This document shows positions 7,144-16,950 of a stretch of 64,000 nt of DNA, piece by piece. Made by a program: the position numbers and the translations under genes. The stretch comes from an uncultured Methanosarcinales archaeon (GTDB lineage: Archaea; Nanobdellota; Nanobdellia; Woesearchaeales; UBA583): contig CAYSDY010000003.1 of assembly GCA_964429995.1 (NCBI GenBank), positions 49,241-113,240 on the forward strand. Reading direction: 5' to 3'. Each line of letters starts with the position of its first letter. Position 1 is the first letter of the stretch. The notes beneath the pieces are model-generated. The model had not been told where the DNA came from. It worked only from the letters and a program-made list of their open reading frames with translations, and did no database searches.

Positions 7144-8877
7144 ATGAAAGAAAAGATTGTAGATTTTTTATTGCAAAATGTTAAGTATGACTTGTCTGGA
7201 ATAAATCTTTTAGACATTATTGAGAAACCTAAAAAAAGTGAAAATGGAGATTTTTCTCTTCCTTGTTTTATAATGTCAAAAGATTTAAAGGAATCACCAC
7301 AAAATATAGCAAATGAAATAGCAAATGAGTTCTTAAAAAAATTGCCTGATTTTCTAAGTGATGTAAAGGTTATGGGTGGATTTGTAAATTTTTATGCAAA
7401 TTATGCAAAACAATCAGAGTCTGTTATAAATGAAATAATTGATAATTCTTTTAAGAATAAAATCAAAATAGATAAAACTCAAAAAATATTGATTGAATAC
7501 CCATCGCCTAATACTAACAAAGCATTGCATTTAGGACATTCAAGAAATATACTTTTAGGAAATGCTTTAACGAATATGCTTAAAAAAGCAGGACATAATG
7601 TGATAAGAGCAAATCTTAATAATGATAGGGGAATTGCTGTTTGTAAAACGATGCTTGCATACAAGCTTTTTGCAAATAATAAAAGCCCCACCTCTGAGAA
7701 TAAAAAACCAGATCATTTTGTTGCTGATTTGTATGTTTTATATGGGCAAAAAAACACAGAATATCCTTTAATGAAGCTTGATGAAAAGGCACAGGAAATG
7801 TTAGTCTTATGGGAAAAAAAGGATAAGGAGACTCTTGATTTATGGAATAAGATACTTGCATGGGTATTAGAAGGGTATAAGGATACTTATAAGAGATATA
7901 AATTACCTAAGTTTGATAAGGAATATTTTGAGAGTGACATTTATGATAAGGGAAAGGATATAATTGAGAGTGCTGTAAAAAAAGGAGTAAAGGGGTTTAA
8001 GAAAGGAGAAGGATCTTCTATCTATTTTGATTTTGAGGATGATACTTATGGTAAAAAATATTTGTTAAGAAAGGATGGGACAACTATATATATGACTCAG
8101 GATATTTATTTAGCATATCAAAAAATGAATGATTTTTCTGCTGATAAATATATTTTTATAGTTGCAAATGAGCAAGGATATCATTTTGAAGTATTGTTTA
8201 AAATACTTGAAAGTTTAGGATTTGGAGATAGCAATAAAAATTATCATTTTGGTTATGGAATGATATATGATAAAGATGGTAATGTATTTTCTTCAAGACT
8301 TGGAAATACAATTGGTGCTGATGATATATTGGATATGATTAATGATAAGGCATTAACTAATTTAAAAATTAAAAATAAGAATATGGATGATATTAATAGC
8401 AAAGCTGAAACTATTGCTTATACTGCATTAACTTTTAATATGCTTAAGGTAAATCCTTTATCTGATATTAATTTTGATATTGAAAAATCTTTAAGTTTTG
8501 AAGGGGAAACAGGGCCTTATTGTCTTTATACTTATGCAAGAATAAATTCAATATTAGAAAAATCAGATGATAAAATTCTATTAACAAATCTAAATGTTGA
8601 TTTTTCACTTTTTGGTGAATTAGAAAATTCAATAGTTAAAATGTTAAAGGAATATCCTGAAACAGTAATTGATGCTTGTATTAAATATAAACCATCTTCT
8701 ATTATAAATTATATGATTAGATTATGTCAGCTGTTTAATGAATTTTATCAAAACGAAAATATATTAAAATCTGATGAACAATTAAAAAATGGACGTTTAT
8801 TAATTTTAAAATGTATAAAAATAATACTTGATGATGCATTTGAAATTTTTAATATAAAACCTCTTAAGAGTATGTAA
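7144..8877 (+). CDS. argS: arginine--tRNA ligase
   Basis: 577 aa with PSPNTNKALHLGHSRN (HIGH motif region), class I fold and a C-terminal anticodon-binding domain pattern. Confidence 0.95.
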   Translation: MKEKIVDFLLQNVKYDLSGINLLDIIEKPKKSENGDFSLPCFIMSKDLKESPQNIANEIANEFLKKLPDFLSDVKVMGGFVNFYANYAKQSESVINEIIDNSFKNKIKIDKTQKILIEYPSPNTNKALHLGHSRNILLGNALTNMLKKAGHNVIRANLNNDRGIAVCKTMLAYKLFANNKSPTSENKKPDHFVADLYVLYGQKNTEYPLMKLDEKAQEMLVLWEKKDKETLDLWNKILAWVLEGYKDTYKRYKLPKFDKEYFESDIYDKGKDIIESAVKKGVKGFKKGEGSSIYFDFEDDTYGKKYLLRKDGTTIYMTQDIYLAYQKMNDFSADKYIFIVANEQGYHFEVLFKILESLGFGDSNKNYHFGYGMIYDKDGNVFSSRLGNTIGADDILDMINDKALTNLKIKNKNMDDINSKAETIAYTALTFNMLKVNPLSDINFDIEKSLSFEGETGPYCLYTYARINSILEKSDDKILLTNLNVDFSLFGELENSIVKMLKEYPETVIDACIKYKPSSIINYMIRLCQLFNEFYQNENILKSDEQLKNGRLLILKCIKIILDDAFEIFNIKPLKSM

Positions 8878-8891
8878 GAACAAATAGCTAT

Positions 8892-8925
8892 AAAAAAAAA
8901 ACAAGTTTTTTTTAAATTCTTAATA
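8892..8925 (-). terminator. conserved 3'-end module (copy A): TATTAAGAATTT + A-run/loop/T-run hairpin
   Basis: On the minus strand it reads TATTAAGAATTT-A8-CTTG-T10. It lies between the convergent argS and 8957..9982 genes. Related copies are at 11783-11815 and 63357-63385. Confidence 0.45.
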
Positions 8926-8956
8926 AGTTCTTTTTAGATTTTTAAAAATAGATGGT

Positions 8957-9982
8957 TTAATGAACTATAATATATATGTAATAGGTTGAATCAAAAACAA
9001 TTATTTCATCAAATATCTTTGTTTTTAGTGAGTATTTTTTTAATATTTTTTCATCTATTTTAAAATCTGAAATTATTCCTATTGTCTTTTTGGTTATAAA
9101 TTCTGCCTGATAAAAGAATTCTTTTACTTTTTTTTTATCAAGATCGGATTTAAGATATGATATACAATAATCAAGATCACCTTTTTTGAATTTTACATCA
9201 AGCCAATCAAGATCATATTTGGATATTTTGATTTTCTGATTTGTAAAGTTGACATTTTCCCTAAAACATTTAAAATCCTGATTATCGTTAACTATTCCTG
9301 TATAATTATTATGGTTTTTTAATACAATATTCTCACAAATATGTCCAAAAAGTTTAAAAACAGGGAAATTGAGCCTGTTTCTTACATTAATTGCCATATC
9401 TTTGTTAAAAAAAGAACATTCTATGATTAATTTTCCAGTATTGCATAGTGGATCTATTACTGAAAATTTCTGTTCTTGATTTTTATCAAGCTCCATTAAA
9501 TAGAAAAGATAATTTATTAGTATCGAATTTAATTCTTTATCTTGTTTGTTTATCATATAGTCTCTTTTAGTAAGGTTGTATTCATTAAGGCTTAAAAGCA
9601 AAGTATTGTTATGATTTAAAAATTTTATACTATAATTTTCGTTAATATCAATTTGAAACTCTGTTTTGCTTGATATATCTTTTATGTTGTTAGAATTAAA
9701 GTATGTTAATATTATTTGTTTGTACTCTTTATTTAACATATTTGCAATTTCATTATTAATTTTTACTGAATTATCTGATATTGTTGCAAATTCTAAATAT
9801 AAATCCTCAATTAATCTGGAATGATACATAATGAATTCAATTTTTTTGATAAACTGATTAAAATCATCTAATTGAATCTTATAATACATTTGTGAAAACT
9901 TTTCAATCGGTTTGTGCATAATATCATTTTCTAAATATTTGCATGCAAAATCATAGCTTTTTATAATAAGTCTAAAACACAT
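8957..9982 (-). CDS. hypothetical protein, possibly a degenerate THUMP-associated methyltransferase-like fold
   Basis: VIDPLCNTGKLIIECSFF resembles motif I (DPMCGSGT.LIEA) of COG0116-type RNA methylases, but the NPPY-type motif IV is not recognisable. A TATA-like ATTATATAAAAAA lies about 30 nt upstream. Confidence 0.35.
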   Translation of the reverse strand: MCFRLIIKSYDFACKYLENDIMHKPIEKFSQMYYKIQLDDFNQFIKKIEFIMYHSRLIEDLYLEFATISDNSVKINNEIANMLNKEYKQIILTYFNSNNIKDISSKTEFQIDINENYSIKFLNHNNTLLLSLNEYNLTKRDYMINKQDKELNSILINYLFYLMELDKNQEQKFSVIDPLCNTGKLIIECSFFNKDMAINVRNRLNFPVFKLFGHICENIVLKNHNNYTGIVNDNQDFKCFRENVNFTNQKIKISKYDLDWLDVKFKKGDLDYCISYLKSDLDKKKVKEFFYQAEFITKKTIGIISDFKIDEKILKKYSLKTKIFDEIIVFDSTYYIYIIVH

Positions 9983-10073
9983 TCTTAAATATGTAAGTTG
10001 TGTTTTTTTATATAATTATGGAAAATCTTTAAATTATCGTTTAAAAGAAATATTTCAATTTTTGATATGGATA

Positions 10074-10715
10074 TTACAATTTAAGATCAAATTCCTTATT
10101 AAGTTGTTTGAAAAATTCATCCATAAACCTGCTTCTTTTTTTTGCTATTTTTTTTGCTGTTTTTGTAAAAACCCTATCTTTTACTTTAGATAGTGTTAAC
10201 AAATATTCACGATATGCAGTATCATCCTTAGAATATGCACAACTTTCATCAATAGATACGTATGGATTATGAAGATCTGCTCCAACCTCGGAAGCGAACA
10301 TAAAAGCTCTTCCTATGCCTGTTGCACCTATAGAATCTATTTTGTCAGAATCAAACAATATTTTTTCTTCTATTGTTTGTGGAATTAAATGTCCCTTGGA
10401 TCTATGCCTTAATATACAATTTAGTATTTTTCTTATTTTTTCTTCTTCTATTTCAAGGTTTTTAAGTATATCGCCAGCAAGCTCACAACCATATTCGGCA
10501 TGACAAATTCTTCCTTTGGTTTCATCCTGCATATGTCTTCCTATATCGTGTAATAATGATGCGTATGAAAGTATTTCTATGTCAGCAGATTCTTTTTTGC
10601 CTATAAACAATGCTAACCTATAAACTCTTTTGGTATGTTCAAAATCATGTGATGATTTACCATATGCACTAAAATGATTTTTTACTAAATCGTAGACTAC
10701 TGATATCTTATTCAT
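10074..10715 (-). CDS. HD-domain metal-dependent phosphohydrolase
   Basis: HDFEHTKRV and LLHDIGR are HD motifs. The start is taken at the internal ATG (MNKISVVYD), which overlaps the cbf5 stop by 8 nt. Confidence 0.8.
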   Translation of the reverse strand: MNKISVVYDLVKNHFSAYGKSSHDFEHTKRVYRLALFIGKKESADIEILSYASLLHDIGRHMQDETKGRICHAEYGCELAGDILKNLEIEEEKIRKILNCILRHRSKGHLIPQTIEEKILFDSDKIDSIGATGIGRAFMFASEVGADLHNPYVSIDESCAYSKDDTAYREYLLTLSKVKDRVFTKTAKKIAKKRSRFMDEFFKQLNKEFDLKL

Positions 10716-11712
10716 CTTCACTAAAATTCCATACACAAGGATATGTTCCAACATTCATTAATACTTTTTTAGTCTTAACAAAGGCTCCTTTGTCTTTTTT
10801 GATTACATTTTGGCTTGTCATAAATGCAATACCTATACCAATTAATTCTTCTTTTAATGTAAACATTGCAACTGTTTCTCCTATATCTATATTGTTTTCA
10901 AGCATACTTACTCCAGGAATTGCAAGATCTGATCCGTGACATATCCTATCAACAGCACTATTTCTTACATATACTTTTTTATAATCTTTTAAAAGTTCTT
11001 CTACTGGTCTTATATAATTTCTTAATTGTTTTTCATAAAAATCTTTATTGCTATCATTTAAAATATAAAGTTCGTATAAATTTCTTAGTTTGTCAAGAGA
11101 TATTATAGAATCATTTTCTGTGAAAGGACCTGCTTTTGTTCTTCTTAACTCTTTCATATGTGCACCTTTTTCTATGTATTCTCCTATATCACTGCAAAGT
11201 TTTCTTATATATGTTCCATGTTGACATCCAACCCTAAACAATATGTTTTGACAAGTTTCATCAAAATCTATCAAGTTAATGTAATATATTTCTCTTTCTC
11301 TTAATTCTCTTTTAACAGCAGATACAACAGGAGGCATTTGCATTATTTTTCCTGTAAATTTTTTAAATGCATCCTTTATATTTTCAATGGATGTTTCTTT
11401 GTGAACATACATAAGGCATACATATTCTTTGTTTGATTTTAACATGTATTCCATAAGTCTTGTTGCTTTATTTATTCCGCAAACAAGAACACCTGTAACA
11501 TTTGGGTCTAATGTACCTGAATGTCCTGCTTTTTCAACATTAAGAATCTTTTTTAAAAAATCTGCTGTTTGATGTGAAGTATAACCAGCATCCTTATCAA
11601 TTATGATGAAAGAATTATCTAAAAGTTCTAAAAAACTTCTTTCACCAACAAACTTACCAGAATTTTTAAGAGGCTTTTCAGAAAATTTTACAAGCAAGTT
11701 TTCCTTATTCAT
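10708..11712 (-). CDS. cbf5: archaeal H/ACA RNP pseudouridine synthase Cbf5 (TruB family)
   Basis: GHSGTLDPNVTGVL (TruB catalytic Asp motif) with a C-terminal PUA-like region. A TATA box TTTTATAAAT lies about 27 nt upstream of the ATG. Confidence 0.9.
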   Translation of the reverse strand: MNKENLLVKFSEKPLKNSGKFVGERSFLELLDNSFIIIDKDAGYTSHQTADFLKKILNVEKAGHSGTLDPNVTGVLVCGINKATRLMEYMLKSNKEYVCLMYVHKETSIENIKDAFKKFTGKIMQMPPVVSAVKRELREREIYYINLIDFDETCQNILFRVGCQHGTYIRKLCSDIGEYIEKGAHMKELRRTKAGPFTENDSIISLDKLRNLYELYILNDSNKDFYEKQLRNYIRPVEELLKDYKKVYVRNSAVDRICHGSDLAIPGVSMLENNIDIGETVAMFTLKEELIGIGIAFMTSQNVIKKDKGAFVKTKKVLMNVGTYPCVWNFSEDE

Positions 11713-11782
11713 AAAAACAATTAAAAAAGAATCATTTATAAAATATTGTGTTTATTTGTGTTTTTAAAATTTTTAAAAAGCT

Positions 11783-11815
11783 AAAAAAAATCAAGGTTTT
11801 TTTAAATTCTTAATA
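11783..11815 (-). terminator. conserved 3'-end module (copy B)
   Basis: On the minus strand it reads TATTAAGAATTT-A7-CCTTGA-T8, immediately after the stop of 11820..12614. Confidence 0.45.
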
Positions 11816-11819
11816 TCAA

Positions 11820-12614
11820 TTATGCAGGAAATCCAGATATGCCATACAAAAAGTCGCTTTTTTCTTTATGAAAACATATTTTTTTGTGTGAAATAGAATC
11901 TGTTATACCAAAAAACATCTCATTTCCACTTAAGATATCGTTTCCTCTTATTAAAAGATTATCTGTTCCTTTAAATAATCTATAACTTAAGACACAATCC
12001 ATTTTAAAAAAAGATGGAATGTTGCATATAAAAGGCGTTATTTGTGAAATATCTAAAACATAACTGTTGGTTTTGTTGTCATTTATTATTACAAAGGCAT
12101 TATCTTTTAATGTTCTTTCTTTTGGATTTAAAACCATTCCGCTCATATATGCACAAGAATATTGCGATTTTGCAAGAAAATTCTGTAGCAGGTATTGAGC
12201 TAATGCACTCTGTTCGTAAGAAGATGAAATCCCTTTCATGTCTGATAACTTAGCAGATTTTTTTGCAAAAAGTACAAAATTTCTTTCTATGTGACTTAAA
12301 GAATCATTTCTATCAGTTTGAAGCATATGTGATACATGTTTTTTTGTAAATAATGAAACAAACAGTAAATATGGATCAATTTGTAAGCCCATATATTCTG
12401 CTTGTTCTTTTAACATTTGTCCATCTCTTTTGTATTCTTCTTCTAAAAGTTGCTCTAAAGAATCAAAATCATAATTCTTTGTATCTTTTTTCAAATTTTT
12501 AAAATCAAGGATTATTTCCTTTTGACATGCTCCTGAAATAACATAATCTCCTACTGGCAATGATTGATTATTCTTTAACTTTTCTGCCCAGACTCCATTG
12601 TATAATTCTTTCAC
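11820..12614 (-). CDS. hypothetical protein
   Basis: 264-aa ORF with normal composition for this genome, same strand as and just downstream of the C39-like peptidase gene. No motif recognised. Confidence 0.55.
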   Translation of the reverse strand: MKELYNGVWAEKLKNNQSLPVGDYVISGACQKEIILDFKNLKKDTKNYDFDSLEQLLEEEYKRDGQMLKEQAEYMGLQIDPYLLFVSLFTKKHVSHMLQTDRNDSLSHIERNFVLFAKKSAKLSDMKGISSSYEQSALAQYLLQNFLAKSQYSCAYMSGMVLNPKERTLKDNAFVIINDNKTNSYVLDISQITPFICNIPSFFKMDCVLSYRLFKGTDNLLIRGNDILSGNEMFFGITDSISHKKICFHKEKSDFLYGISGFPA

Positions 12615-12656
12615 ATTAGTATTTTTAATTATTGTTTTTTAAATTTTATGATAAAA

Positions 12657-13187
12657 TCATCCCATATGAATTAACTTTTCAGAATCAAATTTGTGTTCTT
12701 TTCCAAAAACGGCAATACCATGATTAAAATATTTTTTACCTTTGCTGTCAACATCATGCCAGCGTTTAAGGAATTCATCACAAGTTAGATATGTTTTTTC
12801 AAATGATGATGGATCTTCAAATATGATTTTTTCAGAATCATAACCAATTATTGTTACATAATGCCCATCATCCCAATCATTTTTCCAATCAACATTTTTT
12901 TTATCCTTCCATGCCTGTATTACAACAATTACAGGAACATTCTTATCTATAAAATCTTTTACTTCACTTATATTCATGCTTTTTGATACGTATTTTAATC
13001 CGTATTTCTCTATAGTTTCTATAATTCCTTCAATTGGAGTTCCTATATCTTTATTTGTATGGGCAAGTTTAATAATGGTATCTTCTCTTACTTCAACTCC
13101 ATAATAAACAAGAACAGATTGTAACGCTTTTGCTCCGCAATCATAATCGAAAGTCTGTCTTAAAATCGGAAAATCAAGAATCTTCAT
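12657..13187 (-). CDS. peptidase C39-like (papain-fold cysteine peptidase) domain protein
   Basis: QTFDYDCGAKALQSVL (Gln / catalytic Cys context) and DGHYVTIIGYD (His). It is a stand-alone 176-aa domain. A TATA box lies about 33 nt upstream. Confidence 0.7.
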   Translation of the reverse strand: MKILDFPILRQTFDYDCGAKALQSVLVYYGVEVREDTIIKLAHTNKDIGTPIEGIIETIEKYGLKYVSKSMNISEVKDFIDKNVPVIVVIQAWKDKKNVDWKNDWDDGHYVTIIGYDSEKIIFEDPSSFEKTYLTCDEFLKRWHDVDSKGKKYFNHGIAVFGKEHKFDSEKLIHMG

Positions 13188-13335
13188 AAAAAATAAGGCA
13201 AAGTAATAACTTTATAAATATTTTGATGAATCACAAAAAGTTTTAGTAAAAATACTTGATTTTCTAAAGTTAAATAACACAAATACTGTAATTCAAAAGA
13301 AAAATTTATAAAGATATTTTATCTATGTAAAATAT

Positions 13336-14943
13336 ATGAGTCAAATTTTTGGAATATTTGAAAAAATATTTACATCAACAACAGCATTAATGGGAAATGA
13401 AACAGCTCTTTCAGGTCTTATAATAATATGTACCGTTGTTGGTATATTTACAGCCCTATTTACCATATTAAAGAAAACTTTTTTGGATGAAAAAGGTGCA
13501 AAGGTTGTTGCGTTTGTTATTGCTATAATAACAACAATTTCTATGTTCTATCTTGGAGATGGAAAGGTTATAGGTGCATCAGAGATATCAAAGTTGTTTG
13601 GGACTGTTTTGGGTTTTATTATTGCTTTTGCTATACATGCAGTTTTATTGTATTGGGCTTATAATGACTACAAAAAACAAAAAAGGATGAGTACTCTAGG
13701 ATGGGGAGCTATTTTTTTAGCATCCAGCATCATGTCTGTTTATATAGTTGAATTTAACAAGAATTTTGGTGTTACAAATTCGAGTGGATTTGTTCGAAGT
13801 ATTTTATTTATGTTGTTAGAAAATGATGGTATAATTGCTGGAGTGTATGTTGTAATAATGATTGTGTCTTTAGGTTTCTTAGCAAATAAGTTTTTAAGAA
13901 TTTTTTGGGGTAAAGATGATCCTAAGATAACAGATCCTGTTAAAAATATTGAACATTCTATTAAACCTTTGATAGAGAGAATGAAGAAGGACTTGTCTTA
14001 TTTGTACGATTCAATGTTAAATGTTAGTAGAATTTTTCTTAAAGATAATAATTCTGATTTTTATGAAAAATTAACAGATGAAAGAAAAATTGAAATAGTA
14101 ATGCTAATTAAAGATACTTTTGCTTCAAGTAAATCTATTTTAGAAGACCTTGAAGTATCTTATAAGAAATTAATTCGTGAATTTGATGATGGGATTAAAA
14201 AGCGTTGGTTTCAAGATAATTCTTACATAAAAAATGCAGAAACATTAAAAAATGGAGAAGGTGTAATTTTACAGCTAATACAAGAAACACAAAGGTTTAG
14301 TAATGAAAATGAATTGCTTAAAAAAATTGATGCTAACACTGATACTAGCACTGATACTAGCACAATTGATACTAAATTAATTAGAGTAAACTTGAAAAAC
14401 TTATACAATCAGATAGCACAATTATATCAACAATTTTCTGTAATAGTAAAACAAGAAGAAGAATTTTTGAGTTATGAAGTTAGTTCGCTTAAAGAAATTG
14501 TTGAAAAACAAATAGAGGAAAAGAATAAAACATTAAATGCTTTTAATGGTGATTTTTTAGGAATTAGTCAGGATGAATGGAAAGAAATAATAAATTATTT
14601 TTCATGGGATAATAATAATGAACTTGGTTATGGTGCTAAAACTATAGAAGAAGAGTTTAGTTTAGATCCAATAGTTGTATCAAATTTTAATATGCTATTT
14701 TTAAGAACTTTTAAGGAAGAAATAGAAAAGAATCAAATTAATAATACACAACACAATGAATTACTTGAACTTATGAGAAATAATGCGTCAAACACATTAA
14801 TGAAAATGATTGATCAGACAATATCTAGTATTGTGAAATCTGATTCAGCAAATATTAATAATGAGTCTGCTAATAAAACAATAATACAAAAATTTATTAC
14901 ATATTTAACATCACCATCAACATATTCTAATACTTCAAAATAA
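13336..14943 (+). CDS. hypothetical multi-pass membrane protein with long C-terminal coiled-coil-like region
   Basis: The N-terminal roughly 190 aa contain several hydrophobic helices. The remainder is Glu/Lys/Asn-rich and includes the short DTSTDTST repeat. Confidence 0.6.
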   Translation: MSQIFGIFEKIFTSTTALMGNETALSGLIIICTVVGIFTALFTILKKTFLDEKGAKVVAFVIAIITTISMFYLGDGKVIGASEISKLFGTVLGFIIAFAIHAVLLYWAYNDYKKQKRMSTLGWGAIFLASSIMSVYIVEFNKNFGVTNSSGFVRSILFMLLENDGIIAGVYVVIMIVSLGFLANKFLRIFWGKDDPKITDPVKNIEHSIKPLIERMKKDLSYLYDSMLNVSRIFLKDNNSDFYEKLTDERKIEIVMLIKDTFASSKSILEDLEVSYKKLIREFDDGIKKRWFQDNSYIKNAETLKNGEGVILQLIQETQRFSNENELLKKIDANTDTSTDTSTIDTKLIRVNLKNLYNQIAQLYQQFSVIVKQEEEFLSYEVSSLKEIVEKQIEEKNKTLNAFNGDFLGISQDEWKEIINYFSWDNNNELGYGAKTIEEEFSLDPIVVSNFNMLFLRTFKEEIEKNQINNTQHNELLELMRNNASNTLMKMIDQTISSIVKSDSANINNESANKTIIQKFITYLTSPSTYSNTSK

Positions 14944-15754
14944 GTTTTCCACCCTTAAATATCTTTATTACATTTCCGCTTTCTGAAACAAGTACTGCAA
15001 TACTTTTTGTGTTTTCTGTTATTGCACATGCTGCAAGATGCTTTGTTCCCCAACCATAATATTTTTTAACATTTTCTGTGTTTATGTCTATGTATGTTCC
15101 TGCACTTATTACAATTCCTTTGTTATTGATTATAAATGCACCATCTAACTGAGCATATTCTTTTATTGTATCGCTTAAATCAGAATTGACAAGATCTCTT
15201 AAATTTTCAGGATATCCATAGAAAGGGTTAAGAATTAAGGGCCTTAGGTAATGTTTTAATTCTTCATAATCCCCTATTACAAATAATGTTCCTATCATCT
15301 TCCCTTCACGCCCCTCTTTTCTTATTTCTTCAGCAATATCTATTATCTTTTCTAAAACGATGTTATTTTCAAGGTACTCTGTTAAATTGAATCTAGCAAT
15401 TCTGTACAAAACACGCGAAACTTCTATTACTATTAATCCTAAAGGATATTCATCACATAATGATTTATTGAATATAAATGTTGCAATTGAGTTTTTTGAT
15501 ATTAATTTTCTGTTTATTGATTCTATAAGAATATTCTTTAATTTGTTCTGCATGTTATCCTCTGATTCTTTTTTCATTTTAAAGGTATTTTGATTAAAAT
15601 TTCCCTTATCAAGAATGGTTACCTTTAACATATTTTCTTCGTTTTCTTCTTCTGATTTATCAACTTTTATTATATAATTTATCTCCTTTGTATTAAAAGA
15701 ACTAAAGAGAATATTGTTCAAAAAATTCTTATATAAATCGTCTTCAGAAGCCAT
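14927..15754 (-). CDS. diadenylate cyclase (DAC/DisA_N) domain protein, DacZ-like
   Basis: The C-terminal domain has GTLFVIGD, LDGAFIINNKG (DGA motif) and GWGTKHLAA (position of the RHR motif). The N-terminal roughly 120 aa are uncharacterised. Confidence 0.65.
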   Translation of the reverse strand: MASEDDLYKNFLNNILFSSFNTKEINYIIKVDKSEEENEENMLKVTILDKGNFNQNTFKMKKESEDNMQNKLKNILIESINRKLISKNSIATFIFNKSLCDEYPLGLIVIEVSRVLYRIARFNLTEYLENNIVLEKIIDIAEEIRKEGREGKMIGTLFVIGDYEELKHYLRPLILNPFYGYPENLRDLVNSDLSDTIKEYAQLDGAFIINNKGIVISAGTYIDINTENVKKYYGWGTKHLAACAITENTKSIAVLVSESGNVIKIFKGGKLILKY

Positions 15755-15894
15755 AATAAAGTATGTTTCTATGTTTTTATAAATCTTACTTTGGGATTTG
15801 TCAATAAAATACTCTTATTTTTGTTGATGATTCTTTTTTACTATTAAAAGTAAATTAAAAACTTATTAAAATAATGAATGTTATTAATTTTTAA

Positions 15895-16950
15895 TTGGAG
15901 CATAAATTTTTACTTGAAAAACTGCATAAAGCACAAAGTTATGGAAATTTAAATGAAATTGTTAGTGCTGAACTTGGTCTTGCAAAGTATCATTATGAAA
16001 ATGCAGAATATCAGAAAGCTAAAATAATATATCTTAGTGTACTTAAAAAGAAACCTAAGTATCCAAATTTGAACTACTATCTTGCGTTAATAGAGTTAGA
16101 GCTGAATAATTTTAGGAATGCTTCTAAGTATCTTAAAAATGAAATTTTGGTAAATCCTTCAAATGAATACGCAGTTTCGTTGCTTGAGAAATTAAAAATT
16201 CATTCTAATACCCCTTTTTTTACTGTATTTCTTATTTTGATTAATTCTTTTTTCTTTTTTTTCTTTAATTTTAACTTAACATTTCATGATGCGGTAAGAT
16301 ATGGAGTATCACTAAGAAATATTTCAATCTTTAGTGCTATTACTTCTGTTTTTGTTCATATTAATTGGCTTCATTTTTCTTTGAATATGATTATTTTATT
16401 GTTTTTTGGATTGTTGCTTGAAAAAAAAATAGGTTCGTTCCAGTTTCTGTTTATTTATATGATAGGAGGAATATTGGGTAATAGTTTTGAAGCATTAATA
16501 ACACAAGGTGCAATTGTTGTTGGAGCAAGTGCAGGACTTTTTGCAATTCTTGGTGCAATAATGATGAGAGAACCTTTACTTAAAATAAAACTTTTTTTTG
16601 TTTTTGATATGCCAATCATATTGCTTTTAAGTTCTTTTTTCTTTCTTTCTTTTTTTACAGATAAGATACTTTCAAATCAGATATTAAGCGGAAACATAAG
16701 TCATTTTGTAGGGCTTTTCTTAGGTATATTTATTACTGCAATACTTTATAAGCAATCAACACATATATTTTATAATTGGATATTTATGATATCTGGATTT
16801 TACATGATAGAAAAATCTCTTATGATACTTTGGGATTTTGGAATACAACATGAAACAATTTTGTATATGTTTATTATATTTTTTGCTGTTCTTGTTATAA
16901 TGTATTCTTATTATCATCTAAAATATTATGAAGAGGGACTTATAAAATGA
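15895..16950 (+). CDS. rhomboid-family intramembrane serine protease with N-terminal TPR-like region
   Basis: FVHINWLHFSLNMIILL (H..H...N) and GASAGLFAILGA (GxSxG). The only in-frame start is TTG. Confidence 0.85.
   Translation: MEHKFLLEKLHKAQSYGNLNEIVSAELGLAKYHYENAEYQKAKIIYLSVLKKKPKYPNLNYYLALIELELNNFRNASKYLKNEILVNPSNEYAVSLLEKLKIHSNTPFFTVFLILINSFFFFFFNFNLTFHDAVRYGVSLRNISIFSAITSVFVHINWLHFSLNMIILLFFGLLLEKKIGSFQFLFIYMIGGILGNSFEALITQGAIVVGASAGLFAILGAIMMREPLLKIKLFFVFDMPIILLLSSFFFLSFFTDKILSNQILSGNISHFVGLFLGIFITAILYKQSTHIFYNWIFMISGFYMIEKSLMILWDFGIQHETILYMFIIFFAVLVIMYSYYHLKYYEEGLIK

Noticed and set aside
7479-7861. Minus-strand ORFs 7479..7691 and 7616..7861.
   Set aside because: They lie entirely inside and antisense to the well-supported argS gene.
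14338-14361. Perfect tandem duplication of the 12-mer ACTGATACTAGC.
   Set aside because: It lies in-frame inside the 13336..14943 CDS, encoding DTSTDTST. It is a short coding microsatellite, not a CRISPR or regulatory repeat. No CRISPR array was seen anywhere in the window.
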